A DNA stretch of 53,764 bases, taken from Bacteriovoracaceae bacterium. Its GTDB lineage: Bacteria > Bdellovibrionota > Bacteriovoracia > Bacteriovoracales > Bacteriovoracaceae. Below the pieces are notes generated by a model. That model saw nothing but the letters and a program-made list of their open reading frames with translations. It was not told the origin of the DNA and did no database searches. The position numbers and the translations under genes were made by a program. The stretch lies in assembly GCA_018649885.1 (NCBI GenBank), contig JABIHA010000041.1:1-53764 (forward strand). Reading direction: 5' to 3'. The number at the start of each line of letters is the position of its first letter. Within the stretch, counting starts at the first letter, position 1. Below are positions 9,041-18,496 of this stretch, one piece after another.

Positions 9041-10903
9041 TTATTTTTTTATAATAGTCAAAAGGGCGTCACTGGCATCATTAACAACTCCGGTCACTGC
9101 TTCTTTTTTGGCCTCAATGGTTAGAGTAGAACTTGCCGTCATATCATTCAAAAAATAAACCATGGAGCACGAGCTCTCATCATGACCTTCGGTTATCCTA
9201 ATGTATTGAGACTTGCACTCAGCACCTGTTACTGGTGTACCATTAACTTTCAAACTAATGACTACATTAGGTCTTTGAGCAGCACTGGTGAGATGATCAT
9301 TGTAGTAAACAAGATAATCTCCGCCAGTTACCAGCGTAATATTTTGAGGATTAACTCCCACACTGTGAGTAAACTCAGTGGCATCAATTGTATCTTGAGT
9401 GGCCCATTCAATGGCACTGCCCACTGCTGTACTATTCCAATCAGTGCTGGCAACGGTTCGGTTTCCTCTCACGGTGAGGATATTATCAGCAGAAGATATC
9501 TTTTCAATCATAATGGAAGCTTCAGTTCCGGCGATGACATTAAGGGCACCTGTTGTGATAGTAGTACCCGCTTGGGCAGTCACAGTCAGTACTTGCCCGG
9601 CCATAACAGACTTGGCAACCCCACTAAAGTGAACAGTTGCTGAGTCGTGAGACTCAGCACACCTAATATAACCTTGCGCACCTGTACCTCCGGCAATGGT
9701 GACACCGTCGAGTTTAATTTTGATATCAGAAGAGCGTCTCTTGGAATCACAGCTGGCCATGAAAAGTGGTAGGTTGGCGGTAATAAGATAATCTCCCGCC
9801 GTATTAATTGTTATGTTTTCCGGAGACACAGAATCTGAATGAGTAAAATCTGTATCTTCTTTTACCTCTGTCCAGGTAATGGCGTCAGCAGCGGCCAAAT
9901 TAAAACCGCTTCCTCCTACAGTATTGGAACCTTTTGCAAAGAAAATGGAACGAGATGGTTTTACATACTCCACATACAAAGAAGCGCTTGATGTGGTGAC
10001 AGTACCAATAGAAGCTTCTTGAATCGCTTTGACTTCAATATAATCTCCTGCACTCAAGTCATTTAAAAGGGTGGCAATGTGAACTGAGGCCTCTGCATGC
10101 CCTGATCCTTGCCTGATATAACCCGAGTCTCCCCTTCCTTGAGAAACAGAGACTCCATTTACTAGTACATCGAGAGATACCGCCCTTCTAATGCCGTTGA
10201 CATCAGATAGTGTTAAAGGAATTGTCACTGAAATAAAATAATCACCATCATGCGTGATACTTAATTGTTCAGGGTTAACACTAAGTGAATGCGAGAAGTG
10301 ACAACTAGCAAAGCTGCTGGCACTCCAGACAATGGGATAGGCCGTGGCCTGATTAAAATTAGTTGGCGTTCCTGCTTCAGTTGTCTCGGTTCCTGTTAAA
10401 AATGCTGAGGGGTTGTCATTTGGGATTTGCCAACTTGCAGAGACAGCATGATTGGATTTATTTCCAGCAGCGTCCACAGCTCGCACTAATGAATAATAGT
10501 TGGTCCCAGCACTAAGCCCTAGCTCAGTTGTAAATTGAGCACTGGTTCCAGTCACAACTGAAGAGCTAAATCCTCCACCAGAAATAATGTCAGAAATATT
10601 AGTGCTGGTACTGATTGCCATTTGATAATAACTTACTCCTCCCCCGGAATCAGTAGAGGCAGTCCATGATGTGGCATCAGTTTGATAAAGACAGCTATCT
10701 CCAGTGAGCGTCAAGCTAGTTGGTTTTGTAGGAGGAGTTGTATCACTTGCAGCTACCGTTGAACTATTATCAGAAGACTTTCCAATTTCCTTATATTTTT
10801 CGACCTGCTTATCCAGGCAACCACTAAGGATCACAAAAATGAGAAGATGAAACACCACAGAAAGCGGCACACCACTTCTAAATTTAGTAATTAGAGTCTT
10901 CAT
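9041..10903 (-). CDS. Surface lipoprotein: Fn3-like domain plus three tandem beta-sandwich (C1q/BclA-like) repeats
   Basis: Lipobox ILSGC; DTTPPT..P / VRAVDAAGN Fn3-like signature; three repeats with F(S/T)HS.sV.P.ni.i...GDY and YIR...H motifs. Confidence 0.75.
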   Translation of the reverse strand: MKTLITKFRSGVPLSVVFHLLIFVILSGCLDKQVEKYKEIGKSSDNSSTVAASDTTPPTKPTSLTLTGDSCLYQTDATSWTASTDSGGGVSYYQMAISTSTNISDIISGGGFSSSVVTGTSAQFTTELGLSAGTNYYSLVRAVDAAGNKSNHAVSASWQIPNDNPSAFLTGTETTEAGTPTNFNQATAYPIVWSASSFASCHFSHSLSVNPEQLSITHDGDYFISVTIPLTLSDVNGIRRAVSLDVLVNGVSVSQGRGDSGYIRQGSGHAEASVHIATLLNDLSAGDYIEVKAIQEASIGTVTTSSASLYVEYVKPSRSIFFAKGSNTVGGSGFNLAAADAITWTEVKEDTDFTHSDSVSPENITINTAGDYLITANLPLFMASCDSKRRSSDIKIKLDGVTIAGGTGAQGYIRCAESHDSATVHFSGVAKSVMAGQVLTVTAQAGTTITTGALNVIAGTEASIMIEKISSADNILTVRGNRTVASTDWNSTAVGSAIEWATQDTIDATEFTHSVGVNPQNITLVTGGDYLVYYNDHLTSAAQRPNVVISLKVNGTPVTGAECKSQYIRITEGHDESSCSMVYFLNDMTASSTLTIEAKKEAVTGVVNDASDALLTIIKK

Positions 10904-11033
10904 AAATCTTTTTGTTAACACCATTAAAACAACCACTAGTACTGATGTAACTATTCGTAAAAATTACGAACTAGTTTAAGAAAAATTTAGACTTTGGGTG
11001 AAACTTAAGAAAATAGTTGAGAGTTTTTATTGG

Positions 11034-11056
11034 GAAGGCACGAATACCGTGCCTTC
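11034..11056. terminator. Hairpin downstream of the 11074 gene
   Basis: GAAGGCACG-aatac-CGTGCCTTC, perfect 9-bp stem. Confidence 0.55.
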
Positions 11057-11073
11057 TAGTCTACTATTCAAAC

Positions 11074-11631
11074 CTATGGGCAGTAGGAAGCGATTCCTTT
11101 AGGAGTGGCGCTTGAGCTCATAATAGCGAAAAAGACTACACAATCACCTCTGCCACTTTTACAGGCAACCCCTAGTTGATCATCAGTCCAAGTACGCCTG
11201 AAAGTTTTAAGTCGATTTTTACAGCGAAATTGCCTGCATTTAAGCGTGTTATCAGAACTGGCACATTTCTTAGGATCTGGCTTTTTTGGGTCTGGTTTTT
11301 TAGGATCTGGTTTTTTAGGATCGGGCTTTTTAGGTCCTGTTCTCTTACATTTGGTGTAATGCATTTTAGAGATGGTTAGACGCCCTTTAATTCTTGAACG
11401 GCAAAGCTTAGAACAATTCTCAGCACACTGATCCCCTGGCCCTGAGCCCCACTCTAAAGCGCGGTATAACTCATCTTCAAAGTCCCCGCACTTGAGAACA
11501 TGTTTATCCACAATCACTTGCCAGCGATCAATTTCATCCATGCAGCCTTTAGAACAACTAGAAGCGCAACGCTCCTTTGACCAAGCAAGCTGGGTGCTAA
11601 TTAAAATTAATAGTGCCAGAAATAGTTTCAT
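11074..11631 (-). CDS. Secreted Cys-rich protein with PKKPD repeat linker
   Basis: Signal peptide MKLFLALLILISTQLAWS; duplicated CxxxCSxxC motif; (PKKPD)4. Confidence 0.8.
   Translation of the reverse strand: MKLFLALLILISTQLAWSKERCASSCSKGCMDEIDRWQVIVDKHVLKCGDFEDELYRALEWGSGPGDQCAENCSKLCRSRIKGRLTISKMHYTKCKRTGPKKPDPKKPDPKKPDPKKPDPKKCASSDNTLKCRQFRCKNRLKTFRRTWTDDQLGVACKSGRGDCVVFFAIMSSSATPKGIASYCP
11266..11334 (-). repeat. 15-bp coding tandem repeat (PKKPD x4.6)
   Basis: Degenerate ttttaggatctgg units with 15-bp period. Confidence 0.85.
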
Positions 11632-11882
11632 AACCTGGGCCCTCACAAATAAGTTATAATCAAATGATGACTCCATTCAGAGCATCTGTGAAGCCCAGGG
11701 CCAGAAGTTTTACCAATGTCACAAAAATACAGTGATCAGCTCCATTATGGAGCGAAATTACTAAATTTCTGCCGCCGCTAGCGCTGCGAGGAAGCACGTC
11801 CAATTGGAAGGATTTTTCTATTTCATAGATCAAGAAATTTATCTCACTTAAATTCAATTCTCTGAGGCATTTTACCGAAAAT

Positions 11883-13142
11883 ATGATTGTGATGAGAGCT
11901 TATTTCCAACAAATATTATTTATCCTTCTAATTCCCGCAGCCTTTGCTGGGAAAGTCGGAGAATTAAAATTTGATTTCACACCAATTGATCACTCAAGAT
12001 CTCTTTCAAAAAAATTTTGTGATATTAGTTCTCTAATAACGAAGCTCCATCAATGTGACTACCACGGATCCCCCTGCCCTCTAAAAATGAGCGTGGAAAG
12101 ATCTGGAAAATGCCAAATCGTTCAATTTAAATTTTCTCCTGAAGTGATTGCAAGCTATGAAGATAAACCGTTTGCAAAAGCAATGTTAATTTTCTCGAAA
12201 AATGGGAAACCAATTAAACAGAAAATAAACATTTTTGGAACCTCTTCGCTTGTAAAGTCTGGGACAGTGGAAGAACAAATTGGAGAAATCTGTGAAAAGG
12301 CCATTGATCCAGAAAGGTGGGGACAACAAGGTGTGGATGAATTAGTAAAGGTTGTCATTTTTGACACCGTATTTGCCCTAGATCAAATGAAACAAGTCCC
12401 ACTTTATCCACAATTAGTTGAAGAGTTTAAATATTACCAAGACTGGACATCTCGCGAGCCTCAGACTCATGGGGCACTTATGGCCACCAGAGTGAGTAAC
12501 AATGCTCATGATGTTAATGCAGTAATCCCCATTGTAAGCTACAATGGTCAAAAATTTCGCGATGTTAAGTACTGTGTTGAATCAGACTGTAGAATCATTA
12601 GATATGATACCTATGAGCTCATTTCTGCCATCAAGCAATCCAAGGCCTTAGTGGTAAATTTAAGCACTCACGGTAAAAAAGAAAGATTTGGCAATGGTTT
12701 GGATTTGGCCATGAAAAAAAACCCCAATACTCTTTTTGTAGCAGCTGCTGGTAACATCGACGACGACCTAACAAACGATGATATTATGAGTAACCATTAC
12801 CCCCAAAAGCTAGCGCCTGATAAAGAAAACTTAGTGCTTGTTGCAGCCTGGGATAGAGAAAAAAATCAATTGGTAGAAAGCTCGGCTACCCACCCACAAA
12901 AAGTGGATTTTGCGCTATCTACCCCCTTTCCTGAACAGCAAACATCAGTGGCCGCTGCTATTACCTCAAGGGTTGTTAGCAAGCTTGTAAAAAAATACCC
13001 TCAGTTTACAGGTCCACAAATCAAAGAAGCCCTTTGCGAAACAGTCACCCCAGTAGAAGAGCTAGTGGATCTTACTCGCTGTGGAGGAACCATAAATCCA
13101 AAAGCTGCTGATCTTTACCTGGAAAAAATGAAAGGTATTTGA
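11883..13142 (+). CDS. Secreted S8 (subtilisin-like) peptidase
   Basis: Signal peptide; triad-like motifs VVIFDT, THGALMA, AAAGN (oxyanion Asn) and QTSVAAA. Confidence 0.8.
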   Translation: MIVMRAYFQQILFILLIPAAFAGKVGELKFDFTPIDHSRSLSKKFCDISSLITKLHQCDYHGSPCPLKMSVERSGKCQIVQFKFSPEVIASYEDKPFAKAMLIFSKNGKPIKQKINIFGTSSLVKSGTVEEQIGEICEKAIDPERWGQQGVDELVKVVIFDTVFALDQMKQVPLYPQLVEEFKYYQDWTSREPQTHGALMATRVSNNAHDVNAVIPIVSYNGQKFRDVKYCVESDCRIIRYDTYELISAIKQSKALVVNLSTHGKKERFGNGLDLAMKKNPNTLFVAAAGNIDDDLTNDDIMSNHYPQKLAPDKENLVLVAAWDREKNQLVESSATHPQKVDFALSTPFPEQQTSVAAAITSRVVSKLVKKYPQFTGPQIKEALCETVTPVEELVDLTRCGGTINPKAADLYLEKMKGI

Positions 13143-13154
13143 GCTTTCCGCTTC

Positions 13155-13802
13155 TTAGTGGGAGTCACCTTTTTGTAGATCGCGACGAATATCCATCCAG
13201 ATCTGATAATAGCGCCAGGCCGGAGGGTCATCAGCTCTGACTTTATGATCGGGCCTTAAGTTCAAACTTCCTGTCGCTAAAAGAGTTTGTTTTACTTTAG
13301 GGTTCTGATTTAATTTAGAAAGCATCGCTTCTTTAATAACTTGGTAGTGATCACTTTTTTCAGAAGTTCTGTAGACCATTTCCACCCCTTCAAAGGTTAC
13401 CCAGTTGATTCCCATCTTCTTCATCACTTTAGAGCCAAACCCTCCAGCCTTTTTAGCGGTGTGCCCATCCATTTTTTCCACTTCTGCTCTTGTGAATGGC
13501 CACTCGGCTTTTGAAAAACGTGGATCAGATTTACTTTCAGGATATTTCATAGACTGCCAAAGACCTTCAAGGCTTGGGTATTTCTTTTTTCGGAAAACAA
13601 AAGGTGTTGCTGCAAAATTTGATAGCAGCCCCAGTTCATTTCTCTTACTGAGAACAACCTCACCTTTTTTGGCACTATCAGGAGAAATCTCCCACCATTT
13701 AAGATCTTCTTTGGGAACAGGTTTCCACCAGTGAGTTGGATACTGTGCATGTGCAGAAAATAAAAATGAGCTGATTAGAAATAGAAAAAATGTGTTCTTC
13801 AC
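13155..13802 (-). CDS. NADAR (YbiA/DUF1768-like) N-glycosidase domain protein with signal peptide
   Basis: LSNFAATPF, YPSLEGLWQSMKY, AKKAG and SKLNQNPKVKQTLLATG motifs; N-terminus (GTG)KNTFFLFLISSFLFSAHA. Confidence 0.8.
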   Translation of the reverse strand: MKNTFFLFLISSFLFSAHAQYPTHWWKPVPKEDLKWWEISPDSAKKGEVVLSKRNELGLLSNFAATPFVFRKKKYPSLEGLWQSMKYPESKSDPRFSKAEWPFTRAEVEKMDGHTAKKAGGFGSKVMKKMGINWVTFEGVEMVYRTSEKSDHYQVIKEAMLSKLNQNPKVKQTLLATGSLNLRPDHKVRADDPPAWRYYQIWMDIRRDLQKGDSH

Positions 13803-13876
13803 CCTGCCCCCCAAGCGTAGCATTGACCCTCTAAACTCCTACCGATTATTGGACCAAGGTGTCAAGAGACTGCGGG

Positions 13877-16282
13877 TTATGCCGCTGAATAGGCCCACTC
13901 AAGTTCCGGTAATTGGGTGCTACCCATGGATGGATCTAGCTCCAACCTTTCAATGAACTCTGGAATACTCTCATAGGGAAGAGGAAGATCATTGTCTTGT
14001 AAAACCTTGATCATCTCAATAGGATCAAAAGAATCAATGAACGTCTGTGTATCTTGCTCATATGCCCAACTAGGTACGACTTCAGCAAAGGCAATTCCTT
14101 TGTACTCTGTTCCAGCTGAAGTGATAGCACGATCTCCTGAGGTCCCTTCCCAAACTCTTGCATAAAAAGAGAGGTGTGATCTTGGAATATTTTGAATGTT
14201 ACCAGTGGCACTTTTGTCACTAAAAGCTTCGATCTGTTTCATTTTTTTAGCTGCTGCTTTAATTCCATAACTTCCATTTCCCATTCCTCTTCTTAGACGA
14301 ATGATTGGTACTCCACTTTTACCTAAAATTCTTGTAGCCTCACTAAAAGCATTTGGGCCATCAGCTATAATCACCTCAGGTTTTCCTTGTTTTAAAACTT
14401 CGCCTAAAACTCTTTGTCTATACTGAGATGTTTGAGCTAATACTGTAGCCCACTCCTGTTTTGTGGCACCGTCCATTCCGAAAGGAATAGTTTTAAAAAC
14501 TAGGTACTGATCAGATACACCCATGTCTTCCATCAGGCCGTGAAGGTATTGCCCTCTCTCTCCAGTTAAGGCCCTGGCCGTAACGATATCATCATATCCA
14601 ATGGGGTCAGCTAAGATTAGAACTCTAGGATTTTTAAAAGTTCCTCTGTAGTGTCCAAAAGCTGCAACATTGGGGTGTGTTTTGACATTGTAAGCATCGA
14701 TGCCATCACTCTTCCAAGACATTTCTTCTTTTTCATCAAATATTTTTTTAAGATCAAGATTTTCGACCATTAATTTTGCAAATTTTTCTCCTGGTCCTGG
14801 ATCAAATACATAACGCAGGTCCAGTGAAGAAGGTCTTGCGATAAATAAATTACTTTGATCAATCCCCTCAGCAGCTTTAGCACTAGTCATCTTCTGAATA
14901 GCCGACTTTGAAAAGCGGCCATTATCTCTGGTTCCGATAATGACTACATGGGCGTTCCCAGACATTCTCCTGGCAGTTGATTTAGATACCATTCTATTTT
15001 TTGGAGTTCCAAAATCATAAAACTCTGGCCCAATATCAGATCTTCCATATTTATAGTTCTCGCCTTTAGAGTAGTAGTTAATTTTTCCCGGATCGGCTTT
15101 AATGCTCCATCCTTTCTCAGCGTAAATATCAAGATCTTTTACATTACTCATAACTCTTTCTGAAGCCTTGAGCTCTCCTATTGCCCAAGTCTTTGCCTCC
15201 CTGACTGTACGAGTTAAGCTACTTGGATGAGGAAGAGAAATAACAATAAGATCGTTTTCGATGACTGATCCATCATCAAGCTTAAGTCCTTTAAGAGATC
15301 TTGTGTAAGCTCCATCAATCATCATTTTTCTTAAATCATAGCCACCTAATTGAGCCGCATTAATTAGACCATTGTTATAGGGGCCACCCTTAGTAAAAAC
15401 CATTTTGTCTAAGTAATCTTCTAAGTTGTTTGCAAGTGAGCGCTCTACCTTTCTTTGATTAGATGACTTTGAATAATCCACATACTCACCCAGCACGTTC
15501 TCATAGAGATCACTCCCGTCTCTTGCAACTAGTGAGGAATAAGTATTGTTTGCTCCTGCATACTCAACCTTTGTCTCAGGAACTTGGATATCTTTCATTT
15601 TATCTTCATTGTAGGCCTCAACACTGGCACCCTTACTTCTAGCGTAAGTAGCAATCGAGTCACGAGCTGCTCCACCAAACAATACAATCAACTTCATAGA
15701 TTGTTTATTGTTTCTGATAATCCAATCGATAAGCTGATTTCTCCATTTAACAATGGGGCTATTTAAATTTTGTGAAATAAGCCATAGTTTGTTGTCCACG
15801 AGGTTACTAAGCCGAACTGAAGCACCACTACTTTTTTTATAAATATAGGGAGTATTGTAGACTCCGTACTGTCCTTTTATTGTAAAAGAATATGAATTAA
15901 TAAAAGCGGCTCCCTCGGCAACACCAAAGTAGTTAGCAAGGTCTTGGGTACGGCCACCAAATCCAGCGGTTGCAGGCCTTCCCGCGGCTTCGGCAATATG
16001 GGTTCCGTCTTGGCCAATAAAGAGAATTTTTACCTTTCCCTCATCTGGAAGCATTCTCCAAGGGATAGGACCAAAGGCCGGTCTAAATTTTTGTTTTCTT
16101 CCTATGATTTGCTTTGATACCAGTGGCATATTGGGAATATTCGCCGTTATGTCAATCAACTCTTTTCCCATTTTTGTATCAGGACTCGGACCTGGGTCGT
16201 AAGACCAAAGAGGCATTTTCGCCTGTAATTGAGTGGATAAAAATAGAGTGGCAAAAAGAAACAAAACATTTACGCGTTGCAT
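13877..16282 (-). CDS. Secreted protein with two tandem uracil-DNA-glycosylase (BdiUng-like) domains
   Basis: Signal peptide. Domain 1: YDPGP, FGPIPWR, KILFIGQD, GGRTQ, FINSY..IKGQ, LFGGAA, PHPS. Domain 2: FDPGP, HYRG, RVLILADP, RALTGERGQ. Confidence 0.75.
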   Translation of the reverse strand: MQRVNVLFLFATLFLSTQLQAKMPLWSYDPGPSPDTKMGKELIDITANIPNMPLVSKQIIGRKQKFRPAFGPIPWRMLPDEGKVKILFIGQDGTHIAEAAGRPATAGFGGRTQDLANYFGVAEGAAFINSYSFTIKGQYGVYNTPYIYKKSSGASVRLSNLVDNKLWLISQNLNSPIVKWRNQLIDWIIRNNKQSMKLIVLFGGAARDSIATYARSKGASVEAYNEDKMKDIQVPETKVEYAGANNTYSSLVARDGSDLYENVLGEYVDYSKSSNQRKVERSLANNLEDYLDKMVFTKGGPYNNGLINAAQLGGYDLRKMMIDGAYTRSLKGLKLDDGSVIENDLIVISLPHPSSLTRTVREAKTWAIGELKASERVMSNVKDLDIYAEKGWSIKADPGKINYYSKGENYKYGRSDIGPEFYDFGTPKNRMVSKSTARRMSGNAHVVIIGTRDNGRFSKSAIQKMTSAKAAEGIDQSNLFIARPSSLDLRYVFDPGPGEKFAKLMVENLDLKKIFDEKEEMSWKSDGIDAYNVKTHPNVAAFGHYRGTFKNPRVLILADPIGYDDIVTARALTGERGQYLHGLMEDMGVSDQYLVFKTIPFGMDGATKQEWATVLAQTSQYRQRVLGEVLKQGKPEVIIADGPNAFSEATRILGKSGVPIIRLRRGMGNGSYGIKAAAKKMKQIEAFSDKSATGNIQNIPRSHLSFYARVWEGTSGDRAITSAGTEYKGIAFAEVVPSWAYEQDTQTFIDSFDPIEMIKVLQDNDLPLPYESIPEFIERLELDPSMGSTQLPELEWAYSAA

Positions 16283-16474
16283 GATTTTTCCTTGTAAAAC
16301 AAATTTTAGGCTCTTTGTTTACTGTTTGATGCACTAGCTGTGTAGTTAACTTTTGTTCTGTTGTAAAAAATACAAAAAGTGATTTGGACCAAGTCCTTAA
16401 AACCATTTAGCACAGGGGTTTTCGTCAGTCATGGACTGTGAATATAAAAGGGAAAAACCAATAGGAATTAAAAG

Positions 16475-16999
16475 TTAAATATGTACATTGAAGTTGATAT
16501 TTAAGCGACTTTTGTCGCTCCACTTAGAAGTAGCGCAACCTTTTAGATAGGCCGTCTTATTGGCCACTGACAAATCTGCACTTTCAAGAGTCACCATGAG
16601 TTCTGTATTTTTGGGATCCATACTCTTTTGGTAATACTTCCGTTTGCCATGATAAAACCTCAAGGTTGCATAGGGAGGTTTTCTCATATCCGCAAAGCTG
16701 TTGAGCCCCGCCACATCTTGCTTTTTAGTGAGACCAATAATACTAAGGTGAATTTTAGTATCTCTGTCTTTTGAACAAGTGAGCTCTAGTGTCAGTCCAC
16801 CCTTCAAGGCCTTCTCGGCCCGAGCGTGTCCAAAGTCTTTGTCTTTTTTAAGGTCACATTTATAGCTTATTTTCTCACCGCCAACTTTTGCTACCACAGT
16901 TATTTGGCTACTCTTTTTAGAAAACTTGGAAGTTTTACATCCAGCGTGAGCACCGATACAAAAAACGAATAAAACAAATGATAATAATAGAGCTTTCAT
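16475..16999 (-). CDS. Secreted hypothetical protein
   Basis: Signal peptide MKALLLSFVLFVFCIGAHA. Confidence 0.75.
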   Translation of the reverse strand: MKALLLSFVLFVFCIGAHAGCKTSKFSKKSSQITVVAKVGGEKISYKCDLKKDKDFGHARAEKALKGGLTLELTCSKDRDTKIHLSIIGLTKKQDVAGLNSFADMRKPPYATLRFYHGKRKYYQKSMDPKNTELMVTLESADLSVANKTAYLKGCATSKWSDKSRLNINFNVHI

Positions 17000-17103
17000 G
17001 AGCTTCCCAGGTAACAATGTGTTTATACTCACATGATCAAGCTTTTCACGCGAGCATTCCTCAATTTTACTTGGCCAGTTAAATTAAACAAGAAGAAATC
17101 GAA

Positions 17104-17655
17104 TTAATTTTTGGGTGGGATTTTACACATCCCTTGCGAGGGGATGGCAAGTGCGGCATTAAATTTAGCAGACATATTTTGAAATGAGATCAAGGCGGTC
17201 AGCTCCACTATTTGATCATCACCTAAATGTTTTTTAAGTCTGGCCATTAGTGCAGGATCTACCTCGACTTCTGTTGATGAGAGAGTCTCAGTATACTCAA
17301 GTGCTGCTCTTTCAAGATCTGAGAAAAGCTCACTTTTACTCCAGTCAGAAAGTTGATCAATTTTATCACTTGCATCGCATCTTTCCATAAGTAGTACTGA
17401 ATTGAAATCTATACAAAACTTGCACCAATTAATTTGAGCAACTCGAACTTGCACAAGGGATCTAAGCACTGGATCAAGCTCTGAGCTCTTTCGGTCAAAA
17501 TACTTCCAAAAAAATGTGAAAAGTATGTGCAGTAGAGGCATTCTTGCCCAAAATAATCCAGGCAGCAAAACCATTCCTAGCTTCTTTTTTTGCTTTTTGA
17601 AAAGCATTCTCGCATACCAGGGGTAGCTCTCAATTGGTTTTGGTTCAATGTGCAT
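17104..17655 (-). CDS. AhpD-like / carboxymuconolactone decarboxylase family protein
   Basis: LVQVRVAQINWCKFCID CxxC motif; FSDLERAALEY; QIVELT. Confidence 0.9.
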   Translation of the reverse strand: MHIEPKPIESYPWYARMLFKKQKKKLGMVLLPGLFWARMPLLHILFTFFWKYFDRKSSELDPVLRSLVQVRVAQINWCKFCIDFNSVLLMERCDASDKIDQLSDWSKSELFSDLERAALEYTETLSSTEVEVDPALMARLKKHLGDDQIVELTALISFQNMSAKFNAALAIPSQGMCKIPPKN

Positions 17656-17836
17656 GCAGTAATAGTAGAAAAAAAGGAACTGAAGCTCAAGCTATACTTG
17701 ATCATTTATGGTTAGAATATTTCGACGCGATGTCGTAGAATTGGCCTCCTTTTTGAGTCACAAAGTACTATAAAGATCCTATGTATATAGTCTATAATTT
17801 TAACTACCTACAAACTGTAATGTTGGAAGTATAAAA

Positions 17837-18487
17837 ATGGATATGAAAAAGGTTTTTGAAAACAATGAAAATTGGATCTCTGAAAAATTATCAGGAGATA
17901 AGAACTTTTTTAAAAAATTATCCAAAGGCCAAAACCCCGACCTTCTCTACATTGGCTGCTCAGACAGTAGAGTCACAGCAGAAGAGCTTATGGGAGTATC
18001 CCCTGGAGAGGCCTTTGTTCATAGAAATATTGCCAATATGGTTATCAGTATAGATTTAAATGTCATGTCTGTTCTCAACTATGCTGTCAATCAACTCAAA
18101 GTTAAGCACATTGTTGTCTGTGGCCACTACGGCTGTGGTGGGATTAAGGCAGCACTGGAAGCAACTGACATGGGTATTTTAAATCCATGGCTTAGAAATA
18201 TTAGAGATGTTTACAGAATTCATAATAAAGAACTCTCCAAAATAAAAAATGAATGTGACAGAGAAAAGCGGCTAGTAGAGCTAAATGTTCAAGAGCAATG
18301 TATTAACTTGATAAAAACCGCAGCTGTCCAAAAGGCTTCAACAAAACGTGGCATTACTGTGCATGGCTGGGTATTCGACATGGAAACGGGAAAATTAATT
18401 GATTTAAAAATTAATTTTGAAAAGATTTTAAAAAATATCAAAGAAATTTATCAACTGAGTGTCGATACTGACTTAACACAGCTATAA
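17837..18487 (+). CDS. can: Beta-class carbonic anhydrase
   Basis: GQNP, IGCSDSRV, FVHRNIAN and CGHYGCGG zinc motifs. Confidence 0.95.
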   Translation: MDMKKVFENNENWISEKLSGDKNFFKKLSKGQNPDLLYIGCSDSRVTAEELMGVSPGEAFVHRNIANMVISIDLNVMSVLNYAVNQLKVKHIVVCGHYGCGGIKAALEATDMGILNPWLRNIRDVYRIHNKELSKIKNECDREKRLVELNVQEQCINLIKTAAVQKASTKRGITVHGWVFDMETGKLIDLKINFEKILKNIKEIYQLSVDTDLTQL

Positions 18488-18496
18488 GATTTTTTT

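Noticed and set aside
11266..11334. Short repeats (also 53280-53764) as a possible CRISPR array
   Set aside because: They are codon-phased coding repeats with no unique spacers, and there are no cas genes.
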